A stretch of 64,000 bases of DNA, from contig JAYGCM010000025.1 of NCBI GenBank assembly GCA_046583355.1, positions 32,921-96,920 on the forward strand. Reading direction: 5' to 3'. Below, piece by piece: positions 50,547-59,950 of this stretch (positions within the stretch are counted from its first letter, which is position 1; the number at the start of each line of letters is the position of its first letter). The notes beneath the pieces were generated by a model. It had not been told where the DNA came from and ran no database searches. It saw only the letters and a program-made list of their open reading frames with translations. The DNA is from Deltaproteobacteria bacterium. Its GTDB lineage: Bacteria; Desulfobacterota; Binatia; UBA12015. A program made the translations under genes and the position numbers.

Positions 50547-51074
50547 TCAGCGGGCCTCGGCGGCGCGCTTCAGATCCGCATTCATCTGCTCCAGACCGGC
50601 GTCGATCCGCGGCCGGTAGACCCACTCGATCACGCCGGCAAGCGGGCCTTCCATGATCTCATGGTGGCGAAATTGCGTAGCGTCGCCGACGGCTTCGAGG
50701 TGGCGGCAACGCGTTCCGCGGGCCAGGAATTCGTACCAATTCATCGAATGCCAGCAGAGCGTCCGGCCGGGCTCGACGAGGGTAACCAGGTTGTCGACAG
50801 TCTGAATTTCGCCGTCGAGATTGGCGTCGATCGTGACCACCGCGCCCTCGCGCAGTTCACCTTCGGCGCGCGGCGAATAGGTATTCCAATCCGCGTAATG
50901 CGGCAGGTCGCTGAGCACGGCCCAGACGACCTCCGGCCTGGCCTCAATGCGGACTGAACGCTCCGTCGTCCAGCTGCCGCAACCGCCCAAAGCCGCAACC
51001 AGCACGACCAGCGCCCACCGGCCCGCCCGTTGCGCGCGTCGGATGCCGGTCAGGTCATTTCGTGAACCCATCAT
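50547..51074 (-). CDS. SRPBCC domain protein, probable lipoprotein
   Basis: LGGC lipobox-like; PEVVWAVLSD...YADWN; MNADLK. Confidence 0.85.
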   Translation of the reverse strand: MMGSRNDLTGIRRAQRAGRWALVVLVAALGGCGSWTTERSVRIEARPEVVWAVLSDLPHYADWNTYSPRAEGELREGAVVTIDANLDGEIQTVDNLVTLVEPGRTLCWHSMNWYEFLARGTRCRHLEAVGDATQFRHHEIMEGPLAGVIEWVYRPRIDAGLEQMNADLKRAAEAR

Positions 51075-51144
51075 GGGCCGGACCTTTGCATCCGCGGCGC
51101 GGCCGGCCAAGCGGAGGGGCCGGTCACCGGAGGAACGCCCTGTT

Positions 51145-51594
51145 TCAGCCGAGACGTGCGTCGAACCCGAACGGCTCGGGCTCGTCGATCTGGATCATGT
51201 TCATTTGTTTGTGATCGACGTTCAGCAGCACGCACCACTCGTGGCGGACCACGGCGCTCGGCACGCGTAGTCCGAGCTTGCCACCATCAAGCCAGGTTCG
51301 GCCGATCCGTTGCAGAGCAAGGGGTGGTACCGGGTTTGCCCAGCTATCGGGCAGCGGCAGGGCGACGTCGCCGATGAGGCGGTCGGGCACGGACACGCGA
51401 AACAAGACGAAGGAGTCCAGGCGCGTGGCACGCCCAAGATGCACCAATACCTCCATGGCCGGGAGCGCCGGGGAGCTGGCGAGATAGACCCCCCGTTGGC
51501 CCGGCGGCGTCCAGCGTCCTCCCACCCGTCGCGCGCCTTCGCCGGAGAACGCCTCGCCGGCTCGTCGGCGTGCGACGAGCCGCCAAAGCGTCAG
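51145..51594 (-). CDS. RES-domain toxin (ParT/MbcT-like)
   Basis: TLWR, FSGEGA, GGRW, VYLASS, EVLVH, VPSAVV, FDARL. Apparent CTG start overlapping the antitoxin stop. Confidence 0.88.
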   Translation of the reverse strand: MTLWRLVARRRAGEAFSGEGARRVGGRWTPPGQRGVYLASSPALPAMEVLVHLGRATRLDSFVLFRVSVPDRLIGDVALPLPDSWANPVPPLALQRIGRTWLDGGKLGLRVPSAVVRHEWCVLLNVDHKQMNMIQIDEPEPFGFDARLG

Positions 51595-51989
51595 AAGAAT
51601 ACCCCGTCTTCCATTCGCACGAGCAACGCCTCGACCTCCCGTGCGCCGACCTCGGTCTGCGCGGCAGAGACCGGGGTGCGGCCGCCGAGGGCGCGGCGCT
51701 CCTCGCTGAGCCAGTCCCGCGCTTCGGCAAGGTCGCCGTTGAAGAACTCGGTCGCAAGTCGAACGACTCGTGCCAATCGCACGATTCGCTCCGACTCCTC
51801 GCGCGTGAACCGCGTCCCGGCGCGCCTGCGTGTCAGCGTCCGGCTGGGGAAGCCCAGGTCCTTGCCCAATTGGCTCTCCGACGTGTCGAGTGCCCGTACC
51901 AGTTGGCGGAAGGGTGCCAGGCCAAGCCCGCGCTCGATCCATCCCACGAGCACCCAGGGCTCCTGTTCTTCAAGGATTGCTGTAGCCAT
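51591..51989 (-). CDS. Xre/MbcA/ParS-family antitoxin
   Basis: RTLTRR, ESERIVRLARV, ARDWL, ALGGRTP, GAREVE, EDGVFF. Confidence 0.9.
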   Translation of the reverse strand: MATAILEEQEPWVLVGWIERGLGLAPFRQLVRALDTSESQLGKDLGFPSRTLTRRRAGTRFTREESERIVRLARVVRLATEFFNGDLAEARDWLSEERRALGGRTPVSAAQTEVGAREVEALLVRMEDGVFF

Positions 51990-52016
51990 ATGGCGCATGA
52001 TAGCGCGCCATGTGGC
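51985..52016 (-). promoter_or_regulatory. Putative TA operator pair flanking a -10 box
   Basis: GCCATATGGC (51985-51994) and GCCATGTGGC (52007-52016) lie 22 bp apart, with minus-strand TATCAT at 51997-52002. Confidence 0.65.
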
Positions 52017-52118
52017 GGCAGCGCAGGGCTCCTATGATGCGGCCTGCGGCAACCGGGTGCATTCGGCTTGCGTTTCGCTGCTCCGGTGACACGATTGTTT
52101 GCAAGGGAAAGGAATCGC

Positions 52119-52322
52119 ATGCAAGAGTTGATCGAAACCGTCTTCGCGCATTCGGAGAACTGGGGGAAGGTCTGGTTCGGCATGCTCTTCTGGGGAAGCG
52201 TAATCGGGGCAGGGCTGCTCGCGCTTTTTCCGATGCTGAGTCCGGTAGTTGTCTACGCGGGTGCTGCCTCGGTCGGTGCGACCATCGGGCTGATCGGCCG
52301 CGCACGCGGGAATTGGGTATGA
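52119..52322 (+). CDS. Small membrane protein (67 aa)
   Basis: RBS-like AAGGA, two hydrophobic segments, ATGA overlap with the desaturase. Confidence 0.75.
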   Translation: MQELIETVFAHSENWGKVWFGMLFWGSVIGAGLLALFPMLSPVVVYAGAASVGATIGLIGRARGNWV

Positions 52323-53176
52323 ACGAGGTCGCACCAGAGTTCTCGCTGGCGCGTGAGCGCGCCGTGGCGCGCCGGCATATCGGACGCATCGAATGGGAGA
52401 TGCTGCTCGTTGGCTTCGGTCAATTCACGGTCTGGCTCATTGTTTTCATCCTCGGCATCCGCGGCGAGATCTCGCTCTGGCTGGGCTTTCCGCTCGCGGT
52501 CCTTTGCTGCTGTGTCGCCTACCTGCCTTCGCATGAGGCGCAGCACGGCAATATCGCGGGTCGCCGCGAGTACCTGAGGTGGCTGAATGACCTCCTCGGC
52601 CATGTGAGTCTTCTGCCTCTGAGCTTCCCCTATGGGTTCGCACGCGCGACCCATATGAAGCACCACGCGTTCACCAACGACGCGGAACGCGACTTCGACC
52701 ATCATTATGTGCTTGAGTATTGGTGGCAGGCCGCGCTCGCGGTCCACCGCGACCCGCCGCGCGAGATGCTCGAGCAGGCCATGGCGGACGATCCCGTCTT
52801 CCAGAAAGATCTCATGCAAGGCGCGTTGGTGAAGAAGCTCTTCAGCTTCGTCATGGTCGGCGCCGTACTTCTCTGGCCGTTACCGACCTTCTTTTTGTGG
52901 TGGCTGCCGCAGAAAATCGGCATGAGCTACCTCACCATTTTCTTCTCCTGGATGCCGCATAGGCCGGGTGTGGAACGCGGCCGCTACGAGCATTCGCAAT
53001 TCTGGCGCACCCGCTTCGTGCCACGCTACTTCGTGCAGTCGATGACGCACCACGCGCTGCACCACCTCTACCCGCGCATTCCCCATTGGGGTCAGCCCGC
53101 CGCCCTGAAGGATCTCAAGCCCTTCATCGTCGCACGCCAGATGAAAGGCGCCGAAATCCTGGCCGATTACCGCTAG
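52319..53176 (+). CDS. Membrane fatty acid desaturase/carotene hydroxylase-like protein
   Basis: His boxes HEAQH, HMKHH, HHALHH. Confidence 0.88.
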   Translation: MNEVAPEFSLARERAVARRHIGRIEWEMLLVGFGQFTVWLIVFILGIRGEISLWLGFPLAVLCCCVAYLPSHEAQHGNIAGRREYLRWLNDLLGHVSLLPLSFPYGFARATHMKHHAFTNDAERDFDHHYVLEYWWQAALAVHRDPPREMLEQAMADDPVFQKDLMQGALVKKLFSFVMVGAVLLWPLPTFFLWWLPQKIGMSYLTIFFSWMPHRPGVERGRYEHSQFWRTRFVPRYFVQSMTHHALHHLYPRIPHWGQPAALKDLKPFIVARQMKGAEILADYR

Positions 53177-53238
53177 CGGCTCGGCTGGCGCGCCGATGGC
53201 CTGTTGTTGCTGGGCTCGCGGCGCGCTAGCGACCTTGC

Positions 53239-53559
53239 ATGGTTGAGGAAATCGACGCGAAGGTGGCAGCAGTCCGGCTGGCCGGCGAGACCCCCCCCGT
53301 CCTGCTGGACGTGCGCGAGGATCAGGAGCTGGCTATTGTCGCAATTGACGGAGCACAGCATATCCCCATGGGGGATATCCCCTCAAGACTCACGGAGCTG
53401 GACCCCGACGCGTCAATCATCTGCCTCTGCCACCACGGCATGCGCAGCGCCCAGGTCGCCGGCTTCCTCGTCCAGCAGGGTTTCACCAAGGTCGCGAACC
53501 TGAGTGGCGGAATCGACGCCTGGGCGGCCGTCGTCGACGAATCCATGCCCCGCTACTAG
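53239..53559 (+). CDS. Rhodanese-like sulfurtransferase
   Basis: LDVRE, CHHGMRS, NLSGGIDAW. Confidence 0.9.
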   Translation: MVEEIDAKVAAVRLAGETPPVLLDVREDQELAIVAIDGAQHIPMGDIPSRLTELDPDASIICLCHHGMRSAQVAGFLVQQGFTKVANLSGGIDAWAAVVDESMPRY

Positions 53560-53570
53560 CCAGCGCCTTC

Positions 53571-53608
53571 GTCCCCTTAGGGGGACGCGTACCGAATTCC
53601 GTCCCCTT
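53571..53608. repeat. REP-like palindromic element, copy 1
   Basis: GTCCCC-N4-GGGGAC plus tail; 34/38 identical to 55342-55379. Confidence 0.8.
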
Positions 53609-53699
53609 CGTGTCCGATGCCATGGGAGGCCGAGCGTACCGCTCGTCGAAGAAAGCCGCGCGATTTGATGGTCCGTATAGAGCTGATACGCGAGAGGTC

Positions 53700-55331
53700 A
53701 TGCGAAACGCACATTGGGCGAGGCTCCCGCATCTGGTGGTGGTTCTGGTAATGGTGTTCGGGCTTGCTGCCTGTAGCTCTGATGACGACTCGCCGAGCCA
53801 GCAGATTCAGCCCGGTCTCGAGGTAGAGCTCGACTCGGGCCTGTTGCTTGGTGTCGAAGAAGAGAGCGTGCGAGTCTTCAAAGGAATCGCCTACGCAGCG
53901 CCGCCGGTGGGCGAGCTTCGGTGGAAGGGCCCGCAGTCTCCCGACTCATGGACGGGCCTGCGTGACGCTACCGAGTTTGGTGCGGTCTGCCCGCAGGATG
54001 ACCCTCTCGGTCTGATGGGGGGAGCGGAGCAATCCGAAGACTGTCTCTTTCTCAATGTCTTCGCGCCGGGCGTGGCACCTGATCGTGTTCTTCCTGTCAT
54101 GGTATGGATTCACGGCGGCGCGTGGATCACAGGCTCGGGTAGCCAGGATTTCTATCAAGCGCATACCATCGTGAACGACGGTGGGGTTGTCGTGGTAAGC
54201 CTGAATTATAGGCTCGGAGCTTTTGGTTACCTTGCACATGCGGCGCTGACGGCCGAGAGCGAATACGCGGCTTCGGGCAACTATGGCCAATGGGATCAGG
54301 TCGCCGCGTTGGAGTGGGTACAGCGTCATATTCGCGCGTTTGGCGGGGACCCGGGCAATGTGACGATCTTTGGCGAATCGGCGGGCGGCAATGCGGTATG
54401 TACGCTGATGGCATCGCCTCTTGCGCGCGGTCTCTTTCATCGTGCGATCTCGCAGAGCGGCCTTTGTGGCGCGTATGGGTTCGAAGAGGGACTGGCTAGC
54501 GGTGAGACAACGGGAGCCCGCTTTGCCGACAGTCTTGGCTGCTCGGACCTGGCGACCACAGCTTCCTGCCTGCGCGGCAAAACAACCGAGGAGGTGCGCG
54601 CCATCCCGACGCTGGAAGGCAACTTGCGTGCATGGTCGGGCGGAGCTTTCTACCCACCTACGGAGAGTGGGTTCTATTTCACTCAGCGCATCGTCGACGG
54701 CTACGTGCTGCCGCGTAGCGTGACTGAGGCGTTTGCCACAGGCGATATTGCGGACGTTCCGTTTCTGCTCGGCTCGAATGCCGACGAAGGGACGCTATTT
54801 CATTCGCCGCTTCTGGCTGTTTCGGTTGCTGACGAGGCGGGGTATCGAGCCGCGCTCGGCAGGACATTCCCGGGCAATGTCGATGCCATCATGGCCGAGT
54901 ACCCGGTGCAGGACTTCCCCTCGGCGTCGGCCGCATTGACCGAGGTTACCGGCGATGCCTTCTTTGTATGTACGGCACGGCAGATCGCGCGAGATGCCGC
55001 AGACGCGGGGCTGCCGACCTTCCTTTACGCCTTCGAGCTCGTGCCCGATGCGATTTTGCCCGGTCTGGGCTCGCTCCACACAGCCGAGATTCCCTTCGTC
55101 TTTGGCGTAGATGCGTTCTCGCTGGTCACCGAGGCTACGCGCCCGCTCCACGATGCGATGCTGGGCTACTGGACCCGATTTGCCGCCACCGGCGACCCGA
55201 ACAATGAGGGCACCGACGTGTGGCCGGCCTTCGACACGACCACCCAGCAGAATATGATCCTGGATCTGCCGCTCGCCACCGGCACCGACCACAAGCAGGC
55301 CCGCTGCGATTTCTGGGATTCCATCCTCTGA
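53700..55331 (+). CDS. Type B carboxylesterase lipoprotein
   Basis: LAAC lipobox, SEDCLFLN, WIHGG, FGESAG, HTAE. Confidence 0.92.
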   Translation: MRNAHWARLPHLVVVLVMVFGLAACSSDDDSPSQQIQPGLEVELDSGLLLGVEEESVRVFKGIAYAAPPVGELRWKGPQSPDSWTGLRDATEFGAVCPQDDPLGLMGGAEQSEDCLFLNVFAPGVAPDRVLPVMVWIHGGAWITGSGSQDFYQAHTIVNDGGVVVVSLNYRLGAFGYLAHAALTAESEYAASGNYGQWDQVAALEWVQRHIRAFGGDPGNVTIFGESAGGNAVCTLMASPLARGLFHRAISQSGLCGAYGFEEGLASGETTGARFADSLGCSDLATTASCLRGKTTEEVRAIPTLEGNLRAWSGGAFYPPTESGFYFTQRIVDGYVLPRSVTEAFATGDIADVPFLLGSNADEGTLFHSPLLAVSVADEAGYRAALGRTFPGNVDAIMAEYPVQDFPSASAALTEVTGDAFFVCTARQIARDAADAGLPTFLYAFELVPDAILPGLGSLHTAEIPFVFGVDAFSLVTEATRPLHDAMLGYWTRFAATGDPNNEGTDVWPAFDTTTQQNMILDLPLATGTDHKQARCDFWDSIL

Positions 55332-55341
55332 GCGAAATAGT

Positions 55342-55412
55342 GTCCCCTTGAGGGGACGTGTACCGATTTCCGTCCCCTTGTCCCCTTCGGGGGACTGTCC
55401 CCTGAAGGGGAC
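55342..55412. repeat. REP-like palindromic cluster: copy 2 plus two extra palindromes
   Basis: GTCCCC-N4-GGGGAC at 55342, 55380 and 55397. Confidence 0.8.
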
Positions 55413-55431
55413 AAGGGCATCGGCCGGGCCT

Positions 55432-56400
55432 CTAGCCGCGGTAGCAGCCCATGACGTAGGGGAAGGTGCGGGTTGCGTGGTAGCGGTAGGTGCCGTCCGG
55501 GCCGACCCGGCCGTTGCATTGGTCGAGGACTGTGGCGTCGGCTTCCACACCGACGAATTCGTTGTTCTCCCAGGAGTAGTTACGCGGGGAGCAGGCGGTC
55601 GTCAGCGTGCCTCCGAGGCGGGTGAGCGCACAATAGAAGCCCTCGCTGCACGGCGCATTTGACGTACACCCTTCGGTGCCTGCTTCGGTGCCCGTATTCT
55701 CCCAGCCGCTCTGCATCGTGCGGATATCGGTGCAGTCCGTGTCAAGGCAAGCTTGTGGGCCGTAGATAGGAAAGCCATCGAGGGCCCAGCCGAGGATCGG
55801 CGAAGGCTGCTCGCTGTCTGCCTCGCCGCCGAGGCACGCGTCCCAGAGTTCGTGGTAATGGTAGATTCCGCCTCGCGCAGTATGAGCGCCGCAGACGTCG
55901 AGGATCGCGTTCACGATCGGATCGCCGAAGGGATCGGGATTCGGCCCTTCATTGGGACCGAAGATTGGCACGCCGTTCACCGCTACTGCGATCGTGCCCA
56001 ATAGGGGAAGTTCGGAGATCTCGGCTGCCGGCTGGGCACCGAGCGGAATCCGGTACTCCTGTTCGTTCACCTCGAGTTCGTTCGGCGTGGTGGCCACGAA
56101 CTCATAGGGCGGAATCCCGTTGCTGTGCACGACCATTGTATCGTCTTCGCATGCAACCGAGAGTTCGGTTGGGGCATAGCCATCACCCGCTGCGGCCACG
56201 CCGTCTACCGCCAGGAATGTGTCGCTTGGGCATGCACCGGCAATTGCGGTCGGGGCAGGCGTAGGCGTTGGCATCGCGGGCGCAGGGGACGGCGAGGGCA
56301 TAGGTTCGTTGTCGCCGGTGTCGCCAGGCCCGCTTCCGCCACAGGACGCAAGCAGGGAGACCAGGAAAAACGCGAAAGCCGAGTTGGGCCATACGGACAT
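55432..56400 (-). CDS. YHYH-domain lipoprotein
   Basis: LASC lipobox, SNGIP, YHYH, GWALDGFPIYG, LDQCNG, YRYH. Confidence 0.88.
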   Translation of the reverse strand: MSVWPNSAFAFFLVSLLASCGGSGPGDTGDNEPMPSPSPAPAMPTPTPAPTAIAGACPSDTFLAVDGVAAAGDGYAPTELSVACEDDTMVVHSNGIPPYEFVATTPNELEVNEQEYRIPLGAQPAAEISELPLLGTIAVAVNGVPIFGPNEGPNPDPFGDPIVNAILDVCGAHTARGGIYHYHELWDACLGGEADSEQPSPILGWALDGFPIYGPQACLDTDCTDIRTMQSGWENTGTEAGTEGCTSNAPCSEGFYCALTRLGGTLTTACSPRNYSWENNEFVGVEADATVLDQCNGRVGPDGTYRYHATRTFPYVMGCYRG

Positions 56401-56534
56401 CTTCAGGATCCTACAATCATTTGGGGCAAAAATCCCGCCGCGCCTTCTTTAACCGCGGCCAAGCACGGAGTGGGATCCTCCTGCCTGCTGGGGTGGTCAG
56501 CGGCCTTTTGCGCCCGTTGGCTGCGTCTATGCCC

Positions 56535-58181
56535 TCAAGGCTCCGGCATGAGTCGGACGCGGCCCCAGGGGGTGCCGTAGTGAATGCGTCCGAGCTCGTC
56601 GAGTTCGGTGCCGGAGAAGAAGGGGTTGTAGCGCTGTCCGCCGATTTCGGTGTGGTACGCGGAGTGGCCAGTGCTCCAATCGAGTGCTTCGAGCGTCCAG
56701 CGGTTGTCGCGAGCGCCAATGAGGTAGACGCGCTGGCTGGGGTAGCTCACCACCGGAACGCAGCTTGGCGAGCTGACCTCGCGATTGACCCATGCGTTGC
56801 GTAGCGTGCGCGCGTCGGGATCCCACTCGAATTTCTGTACGCCGAAGGGCTGGTAGCGCGGCGAGCTGCCGAGGTAGCCGATGAGCAGGCTTGCGGCTCG
56901 CTCGGGCAAGTACCAGGGGACGTTGCGCGCGCGGTTGTTGACCACCAGCGCACCGTAGCCGGCCACCACGACCGATTGCTCGGACTGGATCGTCTCCAGC
57001 TCTGGATCTCCCAGGTTGGCTGGCAGCATTCCGGCGATCCGCCGGTCGGGGGAAAGCGGAAGGCGTTGCCAGTCCTCGGGGATCGAGTCGCGCCAGAAGA
57101 GCACGACGTTCATGAGTGGCGAGCCGTCGGTGATGACGACGAAGCGGTCTTCGGCACCGAAGCCCATCAGGCTCGGCGTCGCGCCCGTCCCGTGTCCCCA
57201 GCCGTTGAGGTAAGGCGCCGTCCAGGCGCCGTCGGCCGGGTCGGTTGAAAGGGTGTCGCCGGTCCAGATCAGCTTGTGCATATGGTCCTGCGAGGCGATG
57301 TAGATCCCGCCGCGCTTGTCGAGCGCCACGCCGTTGCGCACCCAGCCGTAGCCGGTCGGGCGTGTTGCCTTTTCCTCGGCGCCTTCGCTGTGGCGCATGC
57401 GGATGACCCTATGCTTTTTCAGGTCGCGTGAGATGGCGAGGACGTAGCCGTGCTCGGTGGGTACGATCAGCCATCCGTCAAACGTCATATTCATTCCGAC
57501 CGTCAGGCCACTCACGCCTTCGGGTAGCTGGAACACGGCCTTCTTGACGATCGGCGATGCCGGATCCGTAGGATCCGCATCCGCGTAGGCGGAGATCGAA
57601 CCGTCTTTGTTGGCGATGTAGTAGGTATTGTCGGCGCTCAGAACGGTGTAGACGCCCGAAAGGTCGCGGAGTTTGGACGCGTCCTGGAACGCCTGCCAGA
57701 TCGCGAACACGCCTTCGTTCGATGCCTCAAAGCTCGCGATCGACGCATCGGCCTCGGCCTCGGTCCAGCGCGGCTCCTCGACAAGCCAGTAGGTCGCAAG
57801 TACCTCGAAGGTCTCGAAGTCGACCTTGACGATACGGTCGAGCCCATTGCTCCAGAAGACGCGGCGGCCGTCCGCATACGGGCTCGAGGTGGCAGCCCCG
57901 AAGTGCGCCGGGCCGACGTGTGCGTATTGGATCTGCGATGTCTGCAGCGATGCCCCGGGGTCTTTCGGCCCGGGTACCGGCAGCGCGTCCTGCTGCGCGG
58001 AGTCGCCATGACCCAGAGGATAGACCGAGTCGGCCAGGAAGGGGTTGCGCGGCGGCTGCTCGGCCGCGTCCGCGAGACCGCCGGGCAGCGCCAATGCCAG
58101 CGCAAGCCACAGCCCCGAGTGAAGGATCGCCCGGTGCATCCGGTGCCGGGTGGCGGTCGTCAGAAGGTTGTACTCGTGCAT
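56535..58181 (-). CDS. Secreted hypothetical protein, probable beta-propeller
   Basis: Signal peptide ending ADA; NPFLADS, GTGATPSLMG, VVITDG. Start 58181 or 58139. Confidence 0.75.
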   Translation of the reverse strand: MHEYNLLTTATRHRMHRAILHSGLWLALALALPGGLADAAEQPPRNPFLADSVYPLGHGDSAQQDALPVPGPKDPGASLQTSQIQYAHVGPAHFGAATSSPYADGRRVFWSNGLDRIVKVDFETFEVLATYWLVEEPRWTEAEADASIASFEASNEGVFAIWQAFQDASKLRDLSGVYTVLSADNTYYIANKDGSISAYADADPTDPASPIVKKAVFQLPEGVSGLTVGMNMTFDGWLIVPTEHGYVLAISRDLKKHRVIRMRHSEGAEEKATRPTGYGWVRNGVALDKRGGIYIASQDHMHKLIWTGDTLSTDPADGAWTAPYLNGWGHGTGATPSLMGFGAEDRFVVITDGSPLMNVVLFWRDSIPEDWQRLPLSPDRRIAGMLPANLGDPELETIQSEQSVVVAGYGALVVNNRARNVPWYLPERAASLLIGYLGSSPRYQPFGVQKFEWDPDARTLRNAWVNREVSSPSCVPVVSYPSQRVYLIGARDNRWTLEALDWSTGHSAYHTEIGGQRYNPFFSGTELDELGRIHYGTPWGRVRLMPEP

Positions 58182-58460
58182 CAAACCGAATCTCCTTTGG
58201 TCCGGTGGCAACCGGTATCCAGTATCGCAGCTCTTGATTTCATTCGCCTCGGACTGAGTCAATTCGGGCGTGGCGCGAGGATCATTTCGGTGCAGCGAAA
58301 CAGCGCCATGAGCCGTCCGGGGGCGAGTGGCGCGAAGAACGCGTTGAGTTCGTCGATAGTCATGCGCTGAGTGTAGCGGAATACGCGATCGTCTCCGACC
58401 GTCGCTCCCGATGGAAGCGACGGCGGCCCGACCTGCCCAGCCGCGATCAGGAAGCTCGCC

Positions 58461-58571
58461 ATGCCGGGACCTCTCCAAGCCGTTCGCGTGGTCGACGTAA
58501 CCACCATGGTCTCAGGTCCGGTGGCAACCCGCATACTCGCCGATCAGGGGCCCGAGGGGCGGTTACCTTGA
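58461..58571 (+). pseudogene. Truncated CaiB/BaiF CoA-transferase (family III) N-terminal fragment
   Basis: MPGPLQAVRVVDVTTMVSGPVATRILADQG matches the family N-terminus, then diverges and stops after 36 aa. Confidence 0.75.
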
Positions 58572-58826
58572 TCGGCATCTCTCGATCGACCTGATCGTCA
58601 CTTCCACGGAGCAATTCGGTCCGTGTTGACCGAGACTCGGAACGCCGCAGTTCGGCCGCCCGCTTCCCGGCTTCGACAAGAGGCTCGTCCGGGAGAGCAG
58701 CGGTGGTCTTTATTCGGGAAAGTGGATTTCCATAATCATGGGCGTGTAGCGGAATAAAGCGGGTTTGTGGTTTGGGGCTGAGAATACATTTGACACAGCT
58801 CTGGCATGGGCTAATCTTTCACTGTT

Positions 58827-59936
58827 GTGCGAAGCCTACCCGCGACCTTTTTCCTGTTCTGGATTCTGCTCTCGGGAACGATAGCCGGGGCGGCGTCCTC
58901 CGAGCATCCGCCGGAGGCGCCGGCATCGAGTGACGGCGACACGGAGATCGATCTGGATCTGCTCGGGAGTTCCGCCTGGGGGGCCGATGCCGCACTTGCC
59001 GAGAGGGTTGGCGAGAACCTTCGCTGGGCCCTCGACGGCAGCGCGCGCGTCGGGTGGTCGAGCGGTGATGCCGATTGGATCGGCGTCGAAGCGCTGGGAC
59101 TCGATCTTTTTACCATCATTTCGGGAAGGACGCGCGACCTGGTTCGCATCAATCTGCAGCTTTACGGGGTGCGTACGGATACCGGTCAATCCCACCCCTA
59201 TGCCTTCAACGGAGATGGCAAGTGGAAATTCCAGCCACGGAATTCATTCGTTGATTTGCTGATTCTTCCGCGCGGTCAGATGACGTTGCGCGCTGGCCAT
59301 TTCGAGCTGCCCTATGGAATCGAGACATATGTCGACACGAACGGTACGTTGCGGCAATATACGATCGGACGCGAGCTCGGCGAGAAGACCGATTGGGGCG
59401 TGGCGCTGACGGGGTCGGCAGCCCAATTCGAATGGATCGCCAGTCTCTCGCGCGGCAGCGGCAACGAGTGGAATGGTAGCGGCGACCCGTGGCTGGCGCT
59501 CGGGCGGGTGGCCACGCCGGTTGAGAGAGCTGCGGGGATCGGTTTCACGGTAGCCGGCGGGGATGTCCGAGTGGGAGGCAAGGGCCCGCCGAGCTCGCGT
59601 TGGCGCGCGGCCGTCGATGGCCGCGTCCATTTTCTCGGTTTCGATCTGCTTGGCGAGATTACAGGCGGTTTTAACGAGAAAAACCCGCAGATCAGTGGTG
59701 TCGTCGAACTGGATTGGACCGACGCAACGGGCGATCTCCTGACATATTTTCAGGCCTTTCCCCAGTGGCGTCGGCAGGACGGAAAGAGCAATATGGGCGC
59801 AGAGTTTCGTGCGGGGCTGCTCTGGCGGCTGCTCACCGGGCTCAGCCTGAGCGCGGAGGTACGACAGGTTGCGGCTCCGATGGGAGACGGCGGGCACCCG
59901 ACGACGCTCTTCACACAGGTTCGGTACAGAAGGTGA
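58827..59936 (+). CDS. Exported putative outer-membrane beta-barrel protein
   Basis: Signal peptide, amphipathic strands, GHFELPYGIE, DWGV. Confidence 0.65.
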   Translation: MRSLPATFFLFWILLSGTIAGAASSEHPPEAPASSDGDTEIDLDLLGSSAWGADAALAERVGENLRWALDGSARVGWSSGDADWIGVEALGLDLFTIISGRTRDLVRINLQLYGVRTDTGQSHPYAFNGDGKWKFQPRNSFVDLLILPRGQMTLRAGHFELPYGIETYVDTNGTLRQYTIGRELGEKTDWGVALTGSAAQFEWIASLSRGSGNEWNGSGDPWLALGRVATPVERAAGIGFTVAGGDVRVGGKGPPSSRWRAAVDGRVHFLGFDLLGEITGGFNEKNPQISGVVELDWTDATGDLLTYFQAFPQWRRQDGKSNMGAEFRAGLLWRLLTGLSLSAEVRQVAAPMGDGGHPTTLFTQVRYRR

Positions 59937-59950
59937 CTTCTCTCACAATC

